A stretch of 60,971 nt of DNA, filler included. It is 7 parts of 7 records of this genome, joined end to end, with 100 filler letters (N's around TTAATTAATTAA, not from the genome) between each part and the next. Parts side by side here need not be neighbours in the genome. Positions count along the whole stretch, not along the records: positions 49,946 to 60,971 come from DRR723986_11779; 6 more parts are not named here. One strand, given 5' to 3'. Numbering within the stretch: the first letter of the stretch is position 1; every line of letters starts with the position of its first letter. Shown piece by piece: positions 57,760 to 60,971 of this stretch. The position numbers and the translations under genes are program-made. A model generated the notes under the pieces. It worked only from the letters and a program-made list of their open reading frames with translations, did not search any database and had not been told where the DNA came from.

Positions 57760-59565
57760 ATGACAACTGAAACCACGGAAGAGGGCACGCCAACTGAGGC
57801 TTCGTTGTCGCGGATGGCCGAGAATTTAAAGAAAGTTGAGGAGCTGACGGGGCGTTTGACCGAGGTCATGACCCATCGCAAAACCCATCAACAATCTCTC
57901 GATGGCCCGAATCAAGAGCTTTTTTCCAAGGCTGCGCAGTCATATATGGCCGAAGCGGTGCAAAACCCGGCCAAGCTGATGGAACATCAGATGGGCTATT
58001 GGGCCAAGACCGTGACCCACTTCATGGAGGCGCAACAGGCGCTGGCGAAGGGCTCATTTGTCGCACCCGAAGACAAAACAGGAAGCGACCGGCGCTTTGC
58101 CAATCCGCTGTGGGAGACACATCCTTACTTCAACTTCGTCAAACAGCAGTACCTGATCAATTCCGAAGCCCTCTCGCAGGCGGTTGAAGATATCACCGAC
58201 ATGGAGCCGCGCGAGAAACAGCGTCTGGCCTATTTCAGCCGCCAGATCATCGACATGATGAGCCCGACCAATTTTCTGGCAACCAACCCGGACGCATTGG
58301 AACGCGCGGTTGAGACCGAGGGCGAGAGCCTGATCAAGGGCCTGGAAAACCTGATCTCGGATCTGGAGGCGAATGACGGGGAACTGATCGTGCGCCTTGC
58401 CGATGAAAAGGCGTTTGAGCTGGGCCGCAACATCGCCACCACGCCGGGCAAGGTTGTGTTCCGCAACAAGATGTTTGAGCTGATCCAATACACCCCCAGC
58501 ACCGAAGAGGTCCATGCCACGCCGCTGGTCGTGTTCCCGCCATGGATCAACAAATTCTATATCCTGGACCTTAAGGCGCAGAACTCATTGGTGAAATGGG
58601 TTGTCGATCAAGGCTACACGCTGTTTATGGTGTCTTGGGTCAACCCCGATGCGGCCTACCGCGATATCGGCATGGAAGATTATGTCGAGGATGGCTATCT
58701 GGCCGCGATTGCCGAGGCCAAGAAGATCACCGGGCAAAAACAGGTCAATGCCGTTGGGTATTGTATCGCGGGCACCACGCTGTCGCTGACCTTGTCCTTG
58801 CTGAAACAACGCGGCGATACTTCGATCAAATCTGCAACCTTCTTTACCGCGCTGACCGATTTTTCCGATCAGGGGGAGTTTCAGCCCTTCCTCACCGACG
58901 ATTTTATTGACGGGATCGAGGCCGAGACCGCGGACAAAGGTGTGCTGCCCTCTGTGATCATGGCGCGGACGTTCTCATTCCTGCGATCCAATGATCTGGT
59001 CTACGGGCCAGCGGTCAAAAGCTATATGATGGGGGAAACGCCGCCCGCCTTTGATCTGCTCTACTGGAATGGCGATGGTGCAAACCTGCCGGCCAAGATG
59101 GCGATGCAATATCTGCGCGGCCTGTGCCAGCGCAATGAGCTGGCCGATGGCGGTTTTGATCTGATGGGGCACCATCTGGAGCTTGGCGATATTGACGTGC
59201 CGCTGTGCGCCATTGCCTGCGAGACCGATCATATCGCGCCCTGGAAAGACAGCTATCGCGGCGTGCAAAAGATGGGGTCGGACAACAAGACCTTTATCAT
59301 GACGCAGTCCGGGCACATCGCGGGGATCGTCAACCCGCCGTCCAAAAAGAAGTATGGTCACTATACCAATGATGATCTGGGTCTGGATCATACCGATTGG
59401 CTTGAAGGCGCGAAATTCCATGAGGGGTCCTGGTGGCCCCGTTGGGAAAAGTGGCTGAAAAAGCGGTCGGGCAAGATGATTCCCGCCCGTTTTCCCGGTG
59501 ATGACGGGCATGTCATTGTCTCAGACGCGCCCGGTGAATACGTCGCGAAAAAGGCAAAGCTTTGA
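57760..59565 (+). CDS. phaC: Class I poly(3-hydroxyalkanoate) synthase
   Basis: SPTNF..TNP, TPGKVV, PPWINKFYILDL, GYCIAGT, LYWN.D, DHIAPW, SGHIAG, GSWW. Confidence 0.97.
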   Translation: MTTETTEEGTPTEASLSRMAENLKKVEELTGRLTEVMTHRKTHQQSLDGPNQELFSKAAQSYMAEAVQNPAKLMEHQMGYWAKTVTHFMEAQQALAKGSFVAPEDKTGSDRRFANPLWETHPYFNFVKQQYLINSEALSQAVEDITDMEPREKQRLAYFSRQIIDMMSPTNFLATNPDALERAVETEGESLIKGLENLISDLEANDGELIVRLADEKAFELGRNIATTPGKVVFRNKMFELIQYTPSTEEVHATPLVVFPPWINKFYILDLKAQNSLVKWVVDQGYTLFMVSWVNPDAAYRDIGMEDYVEDGYLAAIAEAKKITGQKQVNAVGYCIAGTTLSLTLSLLKQRGDTSIKSATFFTALTDFSDQGEFQPFLTDDFIDGIEAETADKGVLPSVIMARTFSFLRSNDLVYGPAVKSYMMGETPPAFDLLYWNGDGANLPAKMAMQYLRGLCQRNELADGGFDLMGHHLELGDIDVPLCAIACETDHIAPWKDSYRGVQKMGSDNKTFIMTQSGHIAGIVNPPSKKKYGHYTNDDLGLDHTDWLEGAKFHEGSWWPRWEKWLKKRSGKMIPARFPGDDGHVIVSDAPGEYVAKKAKL

Positions 59566-59598
59566 TTTTGATGAAATTTTTGAGTTTTGATTGAGTTT

Positions 59599-59644
59599 AT
59601 GCTGCGGTGCAGAAAAAAATACTTGAAATGCCGCACCGCAGCAT
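59599..59644. promoter_or_regulatory. PhaR operator upstream of the phasin gene
   Basis: 12-bp inverted repeat ATGCTGCGGTGC...GCACCGCAGCAT containing CTGC-GGT-GCAG (CTGC-N3-GCAG box). Confidence 0.75.
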
Positions 59645-59715
59645 CTATATCCTTTAGCAGACGCAGAAAGGCGGGGCATCCGCCAAGCACAAACCAGAGC
59701 TTAAGGATACTTGAA

Positions 59716-60159
59716 ATGACTAAGACACCAGACATGACCGCAATGTTCAAAGACGTAATGGGTTCTTTCCCAGTGGATACAGCCGCAATGGAAGACGCAT
59801 TCAAAACATCTGCAACACTGAATGAAAAACTGTCCGGCGTTGCCCTGACAGCCGTTGAGAAATCTTCCGAGATTTCCAACAAGTGGACAAAAGACACATT
59901 GGCAAAAATGGCCGATATGTCCAAAGCCAAAGCAGAGCCAGCCGACTACGCAAAAGCCATGACCGATTTCGCGTCTGCTTCTGCTGAAACAGCGGCCGAG
60001 CACATGGCGGCCTTCGCCGAGATCGCCAAGAAAGTCCAGATGGACACAGTTGAGCTGATGATGGCCGCCGGCAAAGACATGCAGGAAGACGCCACAGCAG
60101 CCGTTAAAAAAGCGTCCAACGACGTTCAGGCCGCGGCGAAAAAAGCCACAGCGAAGTAA
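59716..60159 (+). CDS. phaP: Phasin
   Basis: Ala/Lys-rich helical 147-aa protein between phaC and phaR; AAGGA RBS. Confidence 0.88.
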   Translation: MTKTPDMTAMFKDVMGSFPVDTAAMEDAFKTSATLNEKLSGVALTAVEKSSEISNKWTKDTLAKMADMSKAKAEPADYAKAMTDFASASAETAAEHMAAFAEIAKKVQMDTVELMMAAGKDMQEDATAAVKKASNDVQAAAKKATAK

Positions 60160-60167
60160 GACGGAAT

Positions 60168-60238
60168 AGACCTCACATCACTTCCTCCCCTTAGGGTGTG
60201 GGGGCAGGGCGGGCTCATTGAGCCCGCCCTTTCTTTTT
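60168..60238 (+). ncRNA. MmgR/suhB (alpha-r8)-like RNA element with its intrinsic terminator
   Basis: Stem CCTCACATC/GGTGTGGGG presenting a CTTCCTCCCC anti-SD loop, then terminator AGGGCGGGCTC...GAGCCCGCCCT-TTCTTTTT. Confidence 0.6.
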
Positions 60239-60256
60239 GTGCAGCACTCCCATAAG

Positions 60257-60267
60257 CTGCAATGCAG
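60257..60267. promoter_or_regulatory. PhaR box upstream of phaR (autoregulation)
   Basis: CTGC-AAT-GCAG, 23 bp before the GTG start. Confidence 0.65.
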
Positions 60268-60290
60268 CACGTAAACGGGGAGGACCAACC

Positions 60291-60851
60291 GTGGCGGATA
60301 AACCCAAGCCATTGCTTATCAAGCGCTATGCGTCTCGGCGGCTTTATAATACCGAAACCAGCGACTATGTGACGCTTGAAGATATCGCGGGATTTATCCG
60401 TGATGGGCGCGAGGTGCAGATCGTCGATTTGAAGTCGGGAGATGACCTGACGCGGCAGTATCTGCTTCAAATCATTGCAGAACACGAAAGCCGGGGCGAA
60501 TCTGTTTTGCCGGTTGAGGTGCTCAATGATCTGGTGCGCAGCTATATGTCCGGCGATGTGTCGGTGGTGCCGCAGTTCTTGCAGACGTCTTTTGATATGC
60601 TGCGCGACGGGCAGGCGCGGGTGATGGAAAATATGTCGTCGATGAACCCGATGGCAAAAATGCCCGGCCTTGAAGTTATGCAAGCGCAGCAGCAGGCCTT
60701 TATGAAAGCCATGACCGGCGGTTGGGCTGGCAGCACCGCGCCGGATGCGGCACCGGCGGCCAAAGCGGATGCGCCGGATCAGGGCGAAGATCTGGATGCG
60801 ATCAAAAAGCAGCTGGCCGAACTTCAGGACAAATTGTCAAAGTTGAAGTGA
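60291..60851 (+). CDS. phaR: PHA synthesis repressor PhaR
   Basis: IKRYASRRLYNTETSDYVTL, D.KSG.DLTRQ.L.QII.E.E; GTG start after GGGAGG. Confidence 0.95.
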   Translation: MADKPKPLLIKRYASRRLYNTETSDYVTLEDIAGFIRDGREVQIVDLKSGDDLTRQYLLQIIAEHESRGESVLPVEVLNDLVRSYMSGDVSVVPQFLQTSFDMLRDGQARVMENMSSMNPMAKMPGLEVMQAQQQAFMKAMTGGWAGSTAPDAAPAAKADAPDQGEDLDAIKKQLAELQDKLSKLK

Positions 60852-60971
60852 TCCAAAGGTCGCGCGGCGGGGCCGCGCGGCATGATTTTTGAGATATGCC
60901 TTGATCTGAGCCCGCCTTTTCACCGGCGGCGCTGTATGTGGCTGCGGGATTGAGTTTTTCTTGCCAAATGA

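Overview
This window is seven unrelated contigs joined by 100-bp N/TTAATTAATTAA spacers, so adjacency across spacers means nothing. (1) 1-8145, gammaproteobacterial (Marinobacter-like): fabH, a Zn alcohol dehydrogenase, a lipoprotein, a peptidoglycan-binding protein, XdhC, and a Hanks-type protein kinase 6 bp downstream of a 2-oxoacid dehydrogenase E2. (2) 8246-14024, Rhodobacteraceae: purL, bolA, an unannotated 48-aa membrane ORF, grxD, zapA, a repeat-expanded coiled-coil protein, tkt. (3) 14125-20299: methylated-amine cluster with two GcvT-family dehydrogenases, a homocysteine methyltransferase, an ICL/PEP-mutase-family protein and an MttB-family protein. (4) 20400-29552: alpha-2-macroglobulin, a glycolipid-binding-domain gene, pbpC with a triple palindrome at its 5' end, and a PAS protein. 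(5) 29653-39063: repABC replicon with an antisense ctRNA, a Tat amidohydrolase, a MarR remnant, a ketopantoate reductase-family protein and a divergent pcaHG. (6) 39164-49845: probable integrative-element end carrying an aromatic catabolic cluster (TRAP, extradiol dioxygenase, MhpA-like hydroxylase, FAH, IclR), a tRNA-like remnant and a nonsense-disrupted IS. (7) 49946-60971: thrS to phaZ-phaC-phaP-phaR, with PhaR boxes and an MmgR/suhB-like RNA. Best leads: the kinase in the E2 operon, the non-canonical aromatic cluster, the Trp-to-Val PcaH variant, the MmgR-like RNA after phaP, the bolA-grxD small ORF and the palindromic element at pbpC. Calls come from motif recognition only; no searches were run.
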